IMG/VR virus record: IMGVR_UViG_3300026534_000102
Span: 1 to 64,000 of that record
DNA: 64,000 bases
Source of the DNA: a virus
Strand: one strand, 5' to 3'
The notes below the pieces were generated by a model. That model saw only the letters and a list, made by a program, of their open reading frames with translations, ran no database searches and was not told the DNA's origin. The position numbers were made by a program, and so were the translations under genes. Positions 25,914 through 35,645 of the stretch are shown here, in pieces. The stretch's first letter is position 1; each line of letters begins with the position of its first letter.

Positions 25914-26333
25914 TTATTTAGTAATCTGCTTTACGTAAAATTCGATATCCTTATCAGGATCTTTTATCGAAGCTTCAACAAGACGTTTTGTAGTAGCAAA
26001 AACATCAGAACTGTAAAGTTTCTTTTCTACATAAGATAATTCTATAAAAGCTTTGGCTTTTTTACTCACATCACAACCAAGTGCCTTGGCTTTACGATTG
26101 ATGCAGGCAGCAATCTTCTTTTTTGTCTCAGCAGAAAACTTAGATCTACTTAAATATGCCTTAGCAGCTGCTACATGTTTACAATCTGGAACAGGAAAGG
26201 ATCTACCAGGACCACAAAAAGTCCCACTTTTAAGTTTTTTTCTATCTTTGGTTGTTAATTTTTTACCCATCACTTCTCTAGCGCGCTCAATTAATTCACC
26301 CAAAGATTTGTCATTACAACTATCACAACCCAT
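25914..26333 (-). CDS. basic phage hypothetical protein
   Basis: R.KL....FCGPGRSFPVPD..H..AA pattern. Confidence 0.65.
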   Translation of the reverse strand: MGCDSCNDKSLGELIERAREVMGKKLTTKDRKKLKSGTFCGPGRSFPVPDCKHVAAAKAYLSRSKFSAETKKKIAACINRKAKALGCDVSKKAKAFIELSYVEKKLYSSDVFATTKRLVEASIKDPDKDIEFYVKQITK

Positions 26334-26354
26334 TTTTACCTCCTCTTACTTACA

Positions 26355-26954
26355 CTATTTTGCTTTGATTGGAAAGATAGAATTAAACTCCTCCATAAAT
26401 TCTTCGGGAGTATAAGGATCTAACCAGGCATAAACCAATCCATTCTCTTTCAAAACTTTTTTACAACCATTTGCCATATCTTTTATAAGAGGTAATGTAT
26501 CTTCGTCTATTCTATCGTAAAAATCCAAGAATATAAAATCGTATTTAAACTCAGTAGCATATAAATAACTTAAACCATCAATATGCAATACTATATGTTT
26601 TTTATTTTTTATTATCTTCTTATAATCTTTTGTATATAAATGGTCATAAATCTGTTCATGAACTCTTATCACATCCATGTTTTGTTCAACCGTAGTGACT
26701 GAATTGACTTTAGGAAAAGTTAAAAGATAACGAGACATGACCCCTAAACCCAAACCGATCTCTAGTACATCACCATTAGGTTTATCTCCTATTTGATTCA
26801 TGTAATCAAAAATTTCACTTTCTAATGCCCAAAGGGTATGTCCTTTTCCTATTTCTAAAAATAATTCATTATTCATTTTATATACTTTAACATCATTACT
26901 TTTAGCCAATAATTCACCATCTTCAAAATAAATTAGTCCTTTATTTCTCGACAT
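26355..26954 (-). CDS. class I SAM-dependent methyltransferase (spermidine-synthase-like fold)
   Basis: VLEIGLGLG, VTTVE, YDFIFLD. Confidence 0.8.
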   Translation of the reverse strand: MSRNKGLIYFEDGELLAKSNDVKVYKMNNELFLEIGKGHTLWALESEIFDYMNQIGDKPNGDVLEIGLGLGVMSRYLLTFPKVNSVTTVEQNMDVIRVHEQIYDHLYTKDYKKIIKNKKHIVLHIDGLSYLYATEFKYDFIFLDFYDRIDEDTLPLIKDMANGCKKVLKENGLVYAWLDPYTPEEFMEEFNSIFPIKAK

Positions 26955-27234
26955 TTGTTTCCTCTGAAGGTTTCTCTACATTATTTTTGGGCTTCTGTTT
27001 GAGAGGAGACTCAAAATTAAACATAAGATGTATCTCCACACCAGTATATTCACTTAAATCATATTCTTCAGCACCTTCATATTGTACTTTGATTGGGTGT
27101 ATATACTTTATACCTACGTTGCCACTAGCCGAAAAAGGCAAAAACGTATTTAATAATGCATTAACTTCTTGTTTTACATAACTTTCCCAAGTTGTTTTTT
27201 CCTCAAGTCGTTCAGTTTCAGTTGTTTTATCCAC
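26941..27234 (-). CDS. hypothetical protein
   Basis: operonic ORF. Confidence 0.55.
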   Translation of the reverse strand: MDKTTETERLEEKTTWESYVKQEVNALLNTFLPFSASGNVGIKYIHPIKVQYEGAEEYDLSEYTGVEIHLMFNFESPLKQKPKNNVEKPSEETNVEK

Positions 27235-27236
27235 TC

Positions 27237-27725
27237 CTACAACCCCCTTTTTATTTCTTTTTTTGAAGCCTTTGCCAATTCTCTTTCCTGCTCATAAACA
27301 TCTACTACAAGAGTTGATAGCTTCCGAGCCCATTCAGCATCATCCTCGTTCAATTTTAATTCTGCATAAAAATCCTCTATTTCATGCCCAATGACTTTTG
27401 GAATACCGTTTTCATTAATAAAAACATGTCTCAACTCATGAGAAATAATCCTCTTTTTATCCAAATCGCTAGCCAATTCCCATGCTTTCTTATCTACAGT
27501 TAACACATAATCATAACCATCAACTGCGATAGCGTCCTTTGAAAAAAACTTGATCTTCTCACTTGCTGTCTCTATGGAAGCAAGCATTATTTTACCTTGC
27601 TTAATTCTCTTTTTAAGATCAAAAATAAGTTTAAACTTAAGATTCCCATACGCAGGAAACCGTTCTTCTAAAATTTCCAAAAACACTTCCACTAAGCTAT
27701 CATCAGCTTCTTCATACCTTACCAT
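27237..27725 (-). CDS. putative phage metallopeptidase
   Basis: W...D..RIISHELRH...HEIEDF. Confidence 0.75.
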   Translation of the reverse strand: MVRYEEADDSLVEVFLEILEERFPAYGNLKFKLIFDLKKRIKQGKIMLASIETASEKIKFFSKDAIAVDGYDYVLTVDKKAWELASDLDKKRIISHELRHVFINENGIPKVIGHEIEDFYAELKLNEDDAEWARKLSTLVVDVYEQERELAKASKKEIKRGL

Positions 27726-27751
27726 AATTTCTCCTTTTCCATTACTTCATA

Positions 27752-27994
27752 TTAATTTTTATAGTGTTTGTCAAAATGTTTTTTCAACTTTAACAAGTCA
27801 GACATTAGGACTTTTGATGCACTAATTAGCTCATCATCTTTTTTAGATTTTTCTTTGCTCTTTGTTTTTACTTCGCTCACGTGACTTTTTCCTTTTTTAT
27901 CATAACAAATATGAATATATTTACGATTCTTTAATTTCTTAGTAACTACTTTCCCACCTGCATTTACACATTTTATAAAATCCGCGGGCATCAT
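27752..27994 (-). CDS. small basic hypothetical protein
   Basis: MPADF.KCV..GG.V.T pattern. Confidence 0.6.
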   Translation of the reverse strand: MMPADFIKCVNAGGKVVTKKLKNRKYIHICYDKKGKSHVSEVKTKSKEKSKKDDELISASKVLMSDLLKLKKHFDKHYKN

Positions 27995-28006
27995 TTCCCT
28001 CGCTTT

Positions 28007-28028
28007 GTAAAAGGCGCGGGCCTTTTAC
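28007..28028 (-). terminator. hairpin immediately after the hsp20 stop
   Basis: GTAAAAGGC-CCGC-GCCTTTTAC. Confidence 0.6.
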
Positions 28029-28520
28029 TTAATCTATTTTAATTTTAATTGAGTCTTTTTTATCTTCAAGAAGCAGCTTACTAATGGAACATACCACAAG
28101 TCCATCTTTGTACGAACACTCAATATCGCTACCATCAACTTTTTCAGGAAATCTTACAACACGACTAAAAGAACGTCGTGCAATTTCTCTGTAAATATAA
28201 TCATCCTCCGATTCTTTAGACTCATCTCTCTTATCTGCTTTAATCAAAAGACAATTATCCCGCAATTCAAGATCGATATCTGATTTATCGAATCCCGCAA
28301 CTGCTATTTCTACAACGTATTTATCATCCAAGGATCTTACATTAATTTTGGGAAATCTTCCTTTGGGCTGGATTTCCTCAAAAATTTTAGCATCCCAATT
28401 ATGGCCGCTCCAAAAGTAATCCATCATTCTATCCAACTGAGAAAAAATGTCGGGGAAACGACCCATAGGAAATGTTCTGCCCAAAGGGCCAGCTACATTT
28501 GTAGTTATAAGGTCTTTCAT
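28029..28520 (-). CDS. small heat-shock protein (Hsp20/IbpA-like)
   Basis: FPKINV, EIAVAGF, YIYREIARRSF.R...., YKDGLV. Confidence 0.93.
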   Translation of the reverse strand: MKDLITTNVAGPLGRTFPMGRFPDIFSQLDRMMDYFWSGHNWDAKIFEEIQPKGRFPKINVRSLDDKYVVEIAVAGFDKSDIDLELRDNCLLIKADKRDESKESEDDYIYREIARRSFSRVVRFPEKVDGSDIECSYKDGLVVCSISKLLLEDKKDSIKIKID

Positions 28521-28577
28521 AGTCTTATTCCTCCTTATTATTCAAAGATTTATAAGACCCGCGCCAATTACTCTAAT

Positions 28578-28605
28578 AAAATAAGACATAATTATTGTTT
28601 GTCAA
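28578..28605 (-). promoter_or_regulatory. promoter, weaker copy of the repeated motif, upstream of hsp20
   Basis: TTGACAAACAATAATTATGTCTTATTTT. Confidence 0.5.
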
Positions 28606-28952
28606 GTTAAATTTTCGATAAATTTAATAAAATTCTTACTGTTGTATGGAAACAAATAAGCCCGTGGCAACAAACTAGAAATCAACATTGCAGCGGGCGT
28701 ATTCCAGCTATGAACAACAACACAAGTAGAGTTGTTCTTATGATCATTAGTAGCTAAAAAGTTAGCAACATCAACACCCTCTCCGGCGTTAATTCCTAAA
28801 TCATTATCTAAAAAAATGACATCATACTTAGTCTTAATTAACGCATTTATAGCTTCCACAGCAGTTTGATATATGTCGCAACTCGTGGCCCCTAATTTGT
28901 TAATAAAAAACTTTACTCTATGACTATCATCTTCAAGTATAAAAAAATTCAT
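28602..28952 (-). CDS. stand-alone divergent receiver (REC-like) domain
   Basis: FILEDD..R, IFLDNDLG...G.DV, VHSWN. Confidence 0.75.
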   Translation of the reverse strand: MNFFILEDDSHRVKFFINKLGATSCDIYQTAVEAINALIKTKYDVIFLDNDLGINAGEGVDVANFLATNDHKNNSTCVVVHSWNTPAAMLISSLLPRAYLFPYNSKNFIKFIENLT

Positions 28953-28970
28953 AATTCTACAAAACCTTGA

Positions 28971-29450
28971 TTAAACTACACTGCCTGTAGGGATCCGTTG
29001 ACTAATATCAAACATGCTATAATGATCGACATTTTCAACGGATTTTATAAGTTTGGTAATATTAACTAGTGAACATATATATCCGATTATTCTATCAGCT
29101 TCTATTATAGGTGTTTTAGAATGTAAGTATTTTGATCCGCCCACATCAAAAACCTCTTTAAGAAAACCAGAACAATTCACACAAGAAGCGCAGGCGCAAT
29201 TTTCTTTTTTATCTACTTTACCGACTATAGAATGACAGGGCTGTCCCTCAATCTCTTTTTTATTAAGATTTAATTCTTTCTCCATAGCAATATTAACTAA
29301 TTCAATATCGCCGTCTTCATTTGTAATGAAAAGAGGAATTGGTAAAATATCTAATATATTCCGCCACCTCTTAACTACCAAACTAATATGTTGCTCTTGT
29401 TCCAATAATGATTCTGTAAGTTTTCTCAGTTCTGCTAAATCACTATTCAT
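28971..29450 (-). CDS. PAS-domain protein
   Basis: ILD.LP.PLFI.N.DG.IELVN......IEG.PCH...C..C. Confidence 0.8.
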   Translation of the reverse strand: MNSDLAELRKLTESLLEQEQHISLVVKRWRNILDILPIPLFITNEDGDIELVNIAMEKELNLNKKEIEGQPCHSIVGKVDKKENCACASCVNCSGFLKEVFDVGGSKYLHSKTPIIEADRIIGYICSLVNITKLIKSVENVDHYSMFDISQRIPTGSVV

Positions 29451-29463
29451 AGTAAGTATCCCT

Positions 29464-29979
29464 TTATTTTAAAGCCACTTTAAATAATACTGCGCAAAGT
29501 AATCCAAGGAGAACTCCCCAAACAGCTAACTTACCTCTTGATACCCATACTTCCTTTGAAAGAGGATCCAATTTAGTATCAAGTTTGGTATCGAGCTTGG
29601 TCTTAAGTTTTTCCATTTTTGCATTCACGTCATCTACAAATTTTTTATCCTTATCTGCTCTATTCATATGCTCCTCTATAAACTTTTTATCTATGGTTTT
29701 AATTAAATCCTCGGCTTCTTTAATTCTAGTTTCTAAAGCAGCAAATAATTCTTTAATTTCCTGTTTAAATTTATCTATTTCACCAGAAGTATAATTTCTC
29801 ATACTATCTTTTAACTCATAGTGCTCTTTAACTGCTTTATTAATTTCACTAAGCAACTCTTGTTTGTTTTTTACAACCTCATCTGCCAATTTTTCTACAT
29901 TAAACAAAACATGTTTAATCCATGTGTTTTGTAATGTCTGTGCTTCTTCTGGCTCAACATTTAATATACTCGGACTCAT
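29464..29979 (-). CDS. coiled-coil protein with a C-terminal TM helix
   Basis: heptads, KLDT repeats, hydrophobic C-terminus. Confidence 0.65.
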   Translation of the reverse strand: MSPSILNVEPEEAQTLQNTWIKHVLFNVEKLADEVVKNKQELLSEINKAVKEHYELKDSMRNYTSGEIDKFKQEIKELFAALETRIKEAEDLIKTIDKKFIEEHMNRADKDKKFVDDVNAKMEKLKTKLDTKLDTKLDPLSKEVWVSRGKLAVWGVLLGLLCAVLFKVALK

Positions 29980-29981
29980 TA

Positions 29982-30200
29982 TTATTTACTTTCAGAACTG
30001 CCTTCGGATTTAAGTTTTTTTCCACAAAAAGGACAAAAAATTATTTTTATACCATAACGTGACTTTACAATTCTATTATTACATGTACTTAAATCTAACC
30101 ATGAGATAACCCATCCATAAACTTCATCATGAACAAAAACAGAAGGATTGGTTTTACTTAGTTTGTCCCAATCATCACAATTACAAAAATTAATGTTCAT
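29982..30200 (-). CDS. small zinc-binding protein
   Basis: CNC...IIFCPFCGKKL. Confidence 0.65.
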   Translation of the reverse strand: MNINFCNCDDWDKLSKTNPSVFVHDEVYGWVISWLDLSTCNNRIVKSRYGIKIIFCPFCGKKLKSEGSSESK

Positions 30201-30206
30201 AGGATT

Positions 30207-30689
30207 TTACAATATGTTCCCTCTTAATTTACTACCCTGGTATGGAATGCTAAAGTCATTTTTGCGGCCAAAAGAACTCCAACCTTCTACAGGCATATAA
30301 ATTTCAACATCAGGTTCGGCCTGTTTCGTATCAGAAGTGTCAGCCGAAGGTGCACTGAAAAAAGCGCCACTTTCTTTGGACATCCCTAATCTAATAAACT
30401 GATCATCTCTAACTCGTTTAACCGTAGAATCCTCTAAGTATGGGTTTAAATCTCTCTCAGCTTCTTGCCATTCAGGGATAATACCTGCCCAATTAGACAA
30501 TCGTTCTTTATCTGCAAAACCTAAACTTGTTTTAGTATAGTCATCCCCTCGTCTAAGACCTACATACATAGCATTAAAATCAGAAACCTTCATATCAGCA
30601 TTGCGAGATTGATTCCCAATACCTAGTGTTTCATCATCTACTCCACTCTGTGGGATTTGAAAAAAATCGAATTGATTACCATTACTCAT
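30207..30689 (-). CDS. hypothetical protein
   Basis: SD AAGGAG; upstream TGGTATAAT extended -10. Confidence 0.65.
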   Translation of the reverse strand: MSNGNQFDFFQIPQSGVDDETLGIGNQSRNADMKVSDFNAMYVGLRRGDDYTKTSLGFADKERLSNWAGIIPEWQEAERDLNPYLEDSTVKRVRDDQFIRLGMSKESGAFFSAPSADTSDTKQAEPDVEIYMPVEGWSSFGRKNDFSIPYQGSKLRGNIL

Positions 30690-30779
30690 AATTGCATCTC
30701 CTTATTTAAAAGTTTGGCCGTTAAAACTCAGCCTCTACTATTATTATACCACAAAAACAATAAAATATTAAATATTTTT

Positions 30780-31631
30780 TTATTTTTCCAGAAATGAGTA
30801 TACCCTGACTTTCAAACCACTATTAGCCAATAAATAACTAGAATTAAGTTCGTCATAGAAAGTCATCCCAGTAACAATGATTTCTTCAACCCCAGCATTA
30901 ATTATCTCAACAAGACAAGGGCTACATGGAATATCGCAAGTCATATACATTTTAGTATCAATTGTAGAAATACCTTGTCTCGCAGCATTGATTAAAGCAT
31001 TCCGTTCAGCATGCCCTGCCACACATAGCTCCAACCCTTCTCCTGATTTAAATCCTAAAACATGGCGTGGGCATTTTTCCACAACGGTGTCTTTTGTTGA
31101 AAATTGTTTTTTGAAATTTGGATCAATTTCCCACCGTTTATCACAAGTAGGAATCCCACGTGGTGGTCCATTATATCCAGTACTAATAATACTCTTATCT
31201 TTAACCAGTATCGCGCCAATCTGTCTAGAAAAACACTTGGAATTTGACGCCACCACCTTACATACATTGAAAAAATATTTATCCCACCTGTCTCTATTCA
31301 TTCCTTTATCCATATCACCGCTCCTTAAATTAATTTTACAGACTTTTTTAAATTGTACGATATCTATTTGATAAATATATAACAACAATAAAGCCACTAT
31401 ACATTTAATATCCTTTAAACCAGTTAAATCAATAACATTTGATTTAAAATCCGAATAAGAAGCTCCTATAACATTTGACGTTTTCAATAAATTAAGCACA
31501 TCTATAGGATTTATCTGAGTATTAACATTAAACATCTCTTCAACATAGTTTCTTAATTTATCAACGACCAATTCTTCTTTTAAAAAAGAGACCTTTAAAT
31601 CATCTTTAAAATCATCGTTCAACTGAATCAT
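30780..31631 (-). CDS. dCMP deaminase with an N-terminal extension (internal start at 31313)
   Basis: WDKYF, S.C..RQIGA, STGYNG.P, HAE.NA, PCSPC. Confidence 0.9.
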   Translation of the reverse strand: MIQLNDDFKDDLKVSFLKEELVVDKLRNYVEEMFNVNTQINPIDVLNLLKTSNVIGASYSDFKSNVIDLTGLKDIKCIVALLLLYIYQIDIVQFKKVCKINLRSGDMDKGMNRDRWDKYFFNVCKVVASNSKCFSRQIGAILVKDKSIISTGYNGPPRGIPTCDKRWEIDPNFKKQFSTKDTVVEKCPRHVLGFKSGEGLELCVAGHAERNALINAARQGISTIDTKMYMTCDIPCSPCLVEIINAGVEEIIVTGMTFYDELNSSYLLANSGLKVRVYSFLEK

Positions 31632-31869
31632 TATATTTTTCCTCTACCACATTATTCAATATAATTGCTACGCCATAGTCCGTATTACTGTTTAATTTAC
31701 TTTCATCTGAAACTAGAATAATTCGTCTAGACTGACCACACATTGCGCATACTAGTTCTACTACTAAGGCCTCTTCATTGCCTAAAGGACGTATCAAACA
31801 AACACCAGTCGCTCCACAACTACAGGTGTAATAAATAGAATGTTTCTTATAATTTAATACATTAAGCAT
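31612..31869 (-). CDS. small zinc-binding protein
   Basis: CSCG...CAMCG. Confidence 0.6.
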   Translation of the reverse strand: MLNVLNYKKHSIYYTCSCGATGVCLIRPLGNEEALVVELVCAMCGQSRRIILVSDESKLNSNTDYGVAIILNNVVEEKYNDSVER

Positions 31870-31883
31870 GTTTTCCTCTTTTA

Positions 31884-32501
31884 TTATAACAATTTATAAC
31901 TTTTTCTATGAAAAATACTAGGCCCATATAATTTAATAGCCTCTCTATGTTTCTTTGTTAAATACCCTTTATTATGTTTCCAATCATAAATAGGAACTTT
32001 TCTATCTAACTTATATAAAATTTTATCTCTATACACCTTTGCCATAATAGATGCCGCTGCTATAGATAAGACAGTGTTGTCACCTTTAATTATTTGTTCA
32101 TTAGTTATACCATTCTTCAAAACGTCCTTAATTTTAAAATCACCATCTATAAGAACATAGTCTACGGAAGTAGATAATCTTTTAACTGCTTCAACCATTG
32201 CCAATTTCGTAGCTTCTAAAATGTTTATTTGATCTATAATCTCGTTACTAACAGCAAAAACACTACAATCACAAATTTCCAGAATCAAATCATAACACTC
32301 GTTGCGTTTATTTTCACTTAATTTTTTAGAATCCCTTACCTTTCCATATAATTTATCAACCGCTGAATAAGGCACCCTTACAGCAGCAGCTACAACAGGA
32401 CCTACGGCCGAGCCTCTGCCTGCCTCATCCACACCAACTATATATTTATAACCATTTGCAAAAAGTTCTGCTTCCCTATCAAATGGTGGGTAATCAGTCA
32501 T
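31884..32501 (-). CDS. rnhB: ribonuclease HII
   Basis: GVDEAGRG...GPVVAAA, DSKKLS, LIDG, KGD...SIAAASIMAKV.RD, KGY. Confidence 0.95.
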   Translation of the reverse strand: MTDYPPFDREAELFANGYKYIVGVDEAGRGSAVGPVVAAAVRVPYSAVDKLYGKVRDSKKLSENKRNECYDLILEICDCSVFAVSNEIIDQINILEATKLAMVEAVKRLSTSVDYVLIDGDFKIKDVLKNGITNEQIIKGDNTVLSIAAASIMAKVYRDKILYKLDRKVPIYDWKHNKGYLTKKHREAIKLYGPSIFHRKSYKLL

Positions 32502-32817
32502 CAGAATCCTCTTTAATTGTAGTTTTAAACGCATCTAAATCACCAGTAAGAGGATGTTTCTCATCCACTTTGGCAAAATATTGTTTTTTAAGTGCTTCTA
32601 ATTTAGCTGCTTTACGAGCCCGATATCTATGTTTTTTGGCTAATTCAGGTGGTAAAACTCTACGCGAGGGGAGAACTTGTCGTTCTTTTACCTTACTCTC
32701 ATCCAAAGAATAAAAATCACAGGTTCTTTTTTTTGCGACCGCAACTTTAACCTTTTTGATTTTACATTTTCCGTCTTCTAAATAATTTTTACATCTACCA
32801 CAACGTACATTTCTCAT
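32494..32817 (-). CDS. Cys-rich basic hypothetical protein
   Basis: C..C...C...C. Confidence 0.6.
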   Translation of the reverse strand: MRNVRCGRCKNYLEDGKCKIKKVKVAVAKKRTCDFYSLDESKVKERQVLPSRRVLPPELAKKHRYRARKAAKLEALKKQYFAKVDEKHPLTGDLDAFKTTIKEDSDD

Positions 32818-32831
32818 ACCAAAAGCTCCTT

Positions 32832-33440
32832 TTAAATTCTATTGTGTATGCCAAGATGTCTTTGCACAGCTTTCCAGTTTTTTAACCTCAAAAACTTGCT
32901 ACCATCAATATAAGCAGTATTCCAAGGTTTGTCAAGCAGACAAAGTCCTTTTCTCCATCTTTTTTTATATTTGTACAAAGAATATAAAGACTTTTCTAAG
33001 TCATCTAAGAAAAAATCCAAATTTAAAAGTCTGGCAATTTGCCCTTTTTCACCATTATGTCCTACAAAATGAACTGAATCAAACACCAGTTTATTTTTTC
33101 TCAACCAGTTTATAGTTATATCTTTAAATGCCTCACTTCTACTTGTAATAAAATGAATACTGTGGCTATTATGTTTTAACATCCTAATAATTTTCTGGGC
33201 TTCTTTATCCACAGGAGCCGATAATAAGGTTTTTTCATTATAAGCTTTCTCTAAAAAAAATTGAGTTACTTCGTCTACATGTCCGTGAACATCATTTATT
33301 TTAAAATTATAATCTTCAATAAATTTAAAAATTAAATCCAAACTTTCTTTCTTAGTCAACTCATATTCTTCAGAAAGTTCATCAGCAATCCTCTGGGATA
33401 ACAAACATACTACCTCATCTATATCAAATCCAAGCCTCAT
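32832..33440 (-). CDS. HAD-family 5'(3')-deoxyribonucleotidase-like protein
   Basis: GFDIDEV, FITSR, K......FLDD, PWN. Confidence 0.85.
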   Translation of the reverse strand: MRLGFDIDEVVCLLSQRIADELSEEYELTKKESLDLIFKFIEDYNFKINDVHGHVDEVTQFFLEKAYNEKTLLSAPVDKEAQKIIRMLKHNSHSIHFITSRSEAFKDITINWLRKNKLVFDSVHFVGHNGEKGQIARLLNLDFFLDDLEKSLYSLYKYKKRWRKGLCLLDKPWNTAYIDGSKFLRLKNWKAVQRHLGIHNRI

Positions 33441-33451
33441 GTATCCTCCTT

Positions 33452-35185
33452 TTATAATTCACACTTACCAGTACTGCAACGTACCGTCTCTGTGTCAGCA
33501 TTACTATCCATATTACCAGATTTAATATGTTTTTTTAATTCCTCTTTAGACACTTTATTCAAAACTTGTCCTTCTCGACTTCCATCTATATACACTGTAA
33601 CACCTTTGAGATCATAAATATATTCTAAAGTAAGATCACTTAGTTCCTCAGTAGTAGTCCCTGCTGGCATATTAATAGTTTTTGACACCGCTCCATCAGT
33701 ATATTTCTGCACAACAACTTGGGTTTCAAAATGATCAGTAGGCACAAGATCATCCGTATCAACAAACCAATCAGAAACATCTTTTGGATTTTCATTTTTA
33801 AGTATTGACTCGTACAGTGGATGAACGTAAATACGATCGCTAACTCTATCAGAACGCTTATATGCTTTTCTAAATAAAGGTTCAATACCAGATGTAACTT
33901 CTGGTAATAAACTAATAGTACCAGTTGGCGCCATAGCCATTAAAGTAACATTTCGAGTACCATGTTTTTTTATTTTCATTCTAAGAGACGCAGGCAAGCT
34001 TCTTATAAAATGTGCTTTTCCATACTGTGCAGCATCAAATTTTGGAAAGGCACCCTTTTCAATAGCTAATTCAACTGAGGCCTCATACGCCGTATCTCTA
34101 ATAAAACGCATAAGCCTTTCAATTTCATAAATGGCTTTTTTAGATCCATATCTTAATTTTTTAGCAAATAAGTATTCAGCTAAGCCCATAACCCCGAGCC
34201 CTATTCGACGAGCATTGTGTGCTTTAATATCTATTTCTCGTAAAACATATTTATTAATATCTATAATATTATCAAGAAATCTTACAGCTAATTTAATCAC
34301 CCTTTCAAGTTTTTTCCAATTAGTATTAACACTACCTGTAATAAAATTAGGAAGAACTAAAGAACCAAGGTCACACACACCGTAGCTGGCTAAGGGGACT
34401 TCTCCGCAAGGATTGGTCGATAATATGGGATCAAAATAGTACGAATTGTTACTTGTAAGATTTCCCCAATGTAATAGCCCTGGTTCAGCACACTTTACCA
34501 TGTTTTCTATAATCTTATCCCATATAACTCTGGCCCCCACTTTACCATAATCTTGCTGAGCAAAAGTAAATTTCCAATCTGCGTTACTCTCGACGGCTTC
34601 TAAAAATTTATCATCTACAGCTACGGATAAATTGAAATGATCTAATTTTCCATGAACTAATTTAGCATCAATAAATTCAAGTATATCTGGATGTGAAACA
34701 TGCATTCCGGCCAAAGCAGCTGCACGGCGAGAACCGCCAGATTCAATTGTTTTTGATACAGCATTAGCAGCTTCAAGAAAACTTACAGGACCAGAAGAAA
34801 CGCCGCCTTTGCCTCTAATTATGGCTCCTCGTGGTCGTAAGTGAGAGATGTTTACACCGACCCCACCCCCCTCACTCCAAAGAATTAAGGAGTCTTTAAT
34901 ATACTGACCTATTTCTTCAATGGAATCTCCGCAGGGAAGCACATAACAATTAAATAAAGAGCCTCTGGGCCTACCAATATTTCTTAAAATTCTTCCGCCG
35001 GGCAAAAAATCCAAACCACTTATCATTTCAAAAAAGTTGTCTATAAATATTTGTTTTTGACCATTTTCTACAGAAGCAGCATAGGTAGCAAGGCGTAGCG
35101 CAAGTTGTGGCCAAGTTTCTCCCTCCATAAAATATCGTTCCTCTGCTATTTTTAGTGCACTTTCAGACAAATTCTTTTTTGTCAT
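33452..35185 (-). CDS. nrdJ: class II (adenosylcobalamin-dependent) ribonucleotide reductase
   Basis: LFNCYV, GG.RRAA, TNPCGE.PL...CDLGS, APTGTIS, SKTIN, C-terminal C..GKC. Confidence 0.92.
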   Translation of the reverse strand: MTKKNLSESALKIAEERYFMEGETWPQLALRLATYAASVENGQKQIFIDNFFEMISGLDFLPGGRILRNIGRPRGSLFNCYVLPCGDSIEEIGQYIKDSLILWSEGGGVGVNISHLRPRGAIIRGKGGVSSGPVSFLEAANAVSKTIESGGSRRAAALAGMHVSHPDILEFIDAKLVHGKLDHFNLSVAVDDKFLEAVESNADWKFTFAQQDYGKVGARVIWDKIIENMVKCAEPGLLHWGNLTSNNSYYFDPILSTNPCGEVPLASYGVCDLGSLVLPNFITGSVNTNWKKLERVIKLAVRFLDNIIDINKYVLREIDIKAHNARRIGLGVMGLAEYLFAKKLRYGSKKAIYEIERLMRFIRDTAYEASVELAIEKGAFPKFDAAQYGKAHFIRSLPASLRMKIKKHGTRNVTLMAMAPTGTISLLPEVTSGIEPLFRKAYKRSDRVSDRIYVHPLYESILKNENPKDVSDWFVDTDDLVPTDHFETQVVVQKYTDGAVSKTINMPAGTTTEELSDLTLEYIYDLKGVTVYIDGSREGQVLNKVSKEELKKHIKSGNMDSNADTETVRCSTGKCEL

Positions 35186-35198
35186 ATAATTACCTCCT

Positions 35199-35645
35199 TT
35201 ATCTACCTGTGTGACCAAACCCGCCAACACCTCTATTTGTAACTTCTAAATTATCTACTTCTAAAAAATATCCTGTATAAACAGGTGAAAACTTCATTTG
35301 TGCTATTCTATCGCCTTTATTAATTTTGACAACATCATCACTTAAATTAATCATTGGAAGTTTTAGCTCCCCTCTATATTGAGAATCTATAGTTCCAACA
35401 CCATTTACCATAACTAGTCCTTGCCTCAAAGATAAACCACTACGAGATCTAATTTGTGCTTCAAATCCAGGTGGAATTTGAATAGCAATTCCAGTACAAA
35501 TTAGTTGCCTCTCCATAGATGTTAATATAACGCCCTCTACACTGTAAAGATCACAACAAGCATCTCCATCAAATGCATATGTTGGAACTATAGCATCCTT
35601 ATGGAGACGTTTAAATAAAACTTTTAAATTCCTACCAACTTCCAT
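35199..35645 (-). CDS. dut: trimeric dUTPase
   Basis: RSRSGL, GTIDSQYRGE, GDRIAQ, RGVGGFGHTG. Confidence 0.95.
   Translation of the reverse strand: MEVGRNLKVLFKRLHKDAIVPTYAFDGDACCDLYSVEGVILTSMERQLICTGIAIQIPPGFEAQIRSRSGLSLRQGLVMVNGVGTIDSQYRGELKLPMINLSDDVVKINKGDRIAQMKFSPVYTGYFLEVDNLEVTNRGVGGFGHTGR

Noticed and set aside
29568-29612. Degenerate 12-nt tandem repeat
   Set aside because: It encodes KLDT repeats in a coiled coil and varies at synonymous positions.
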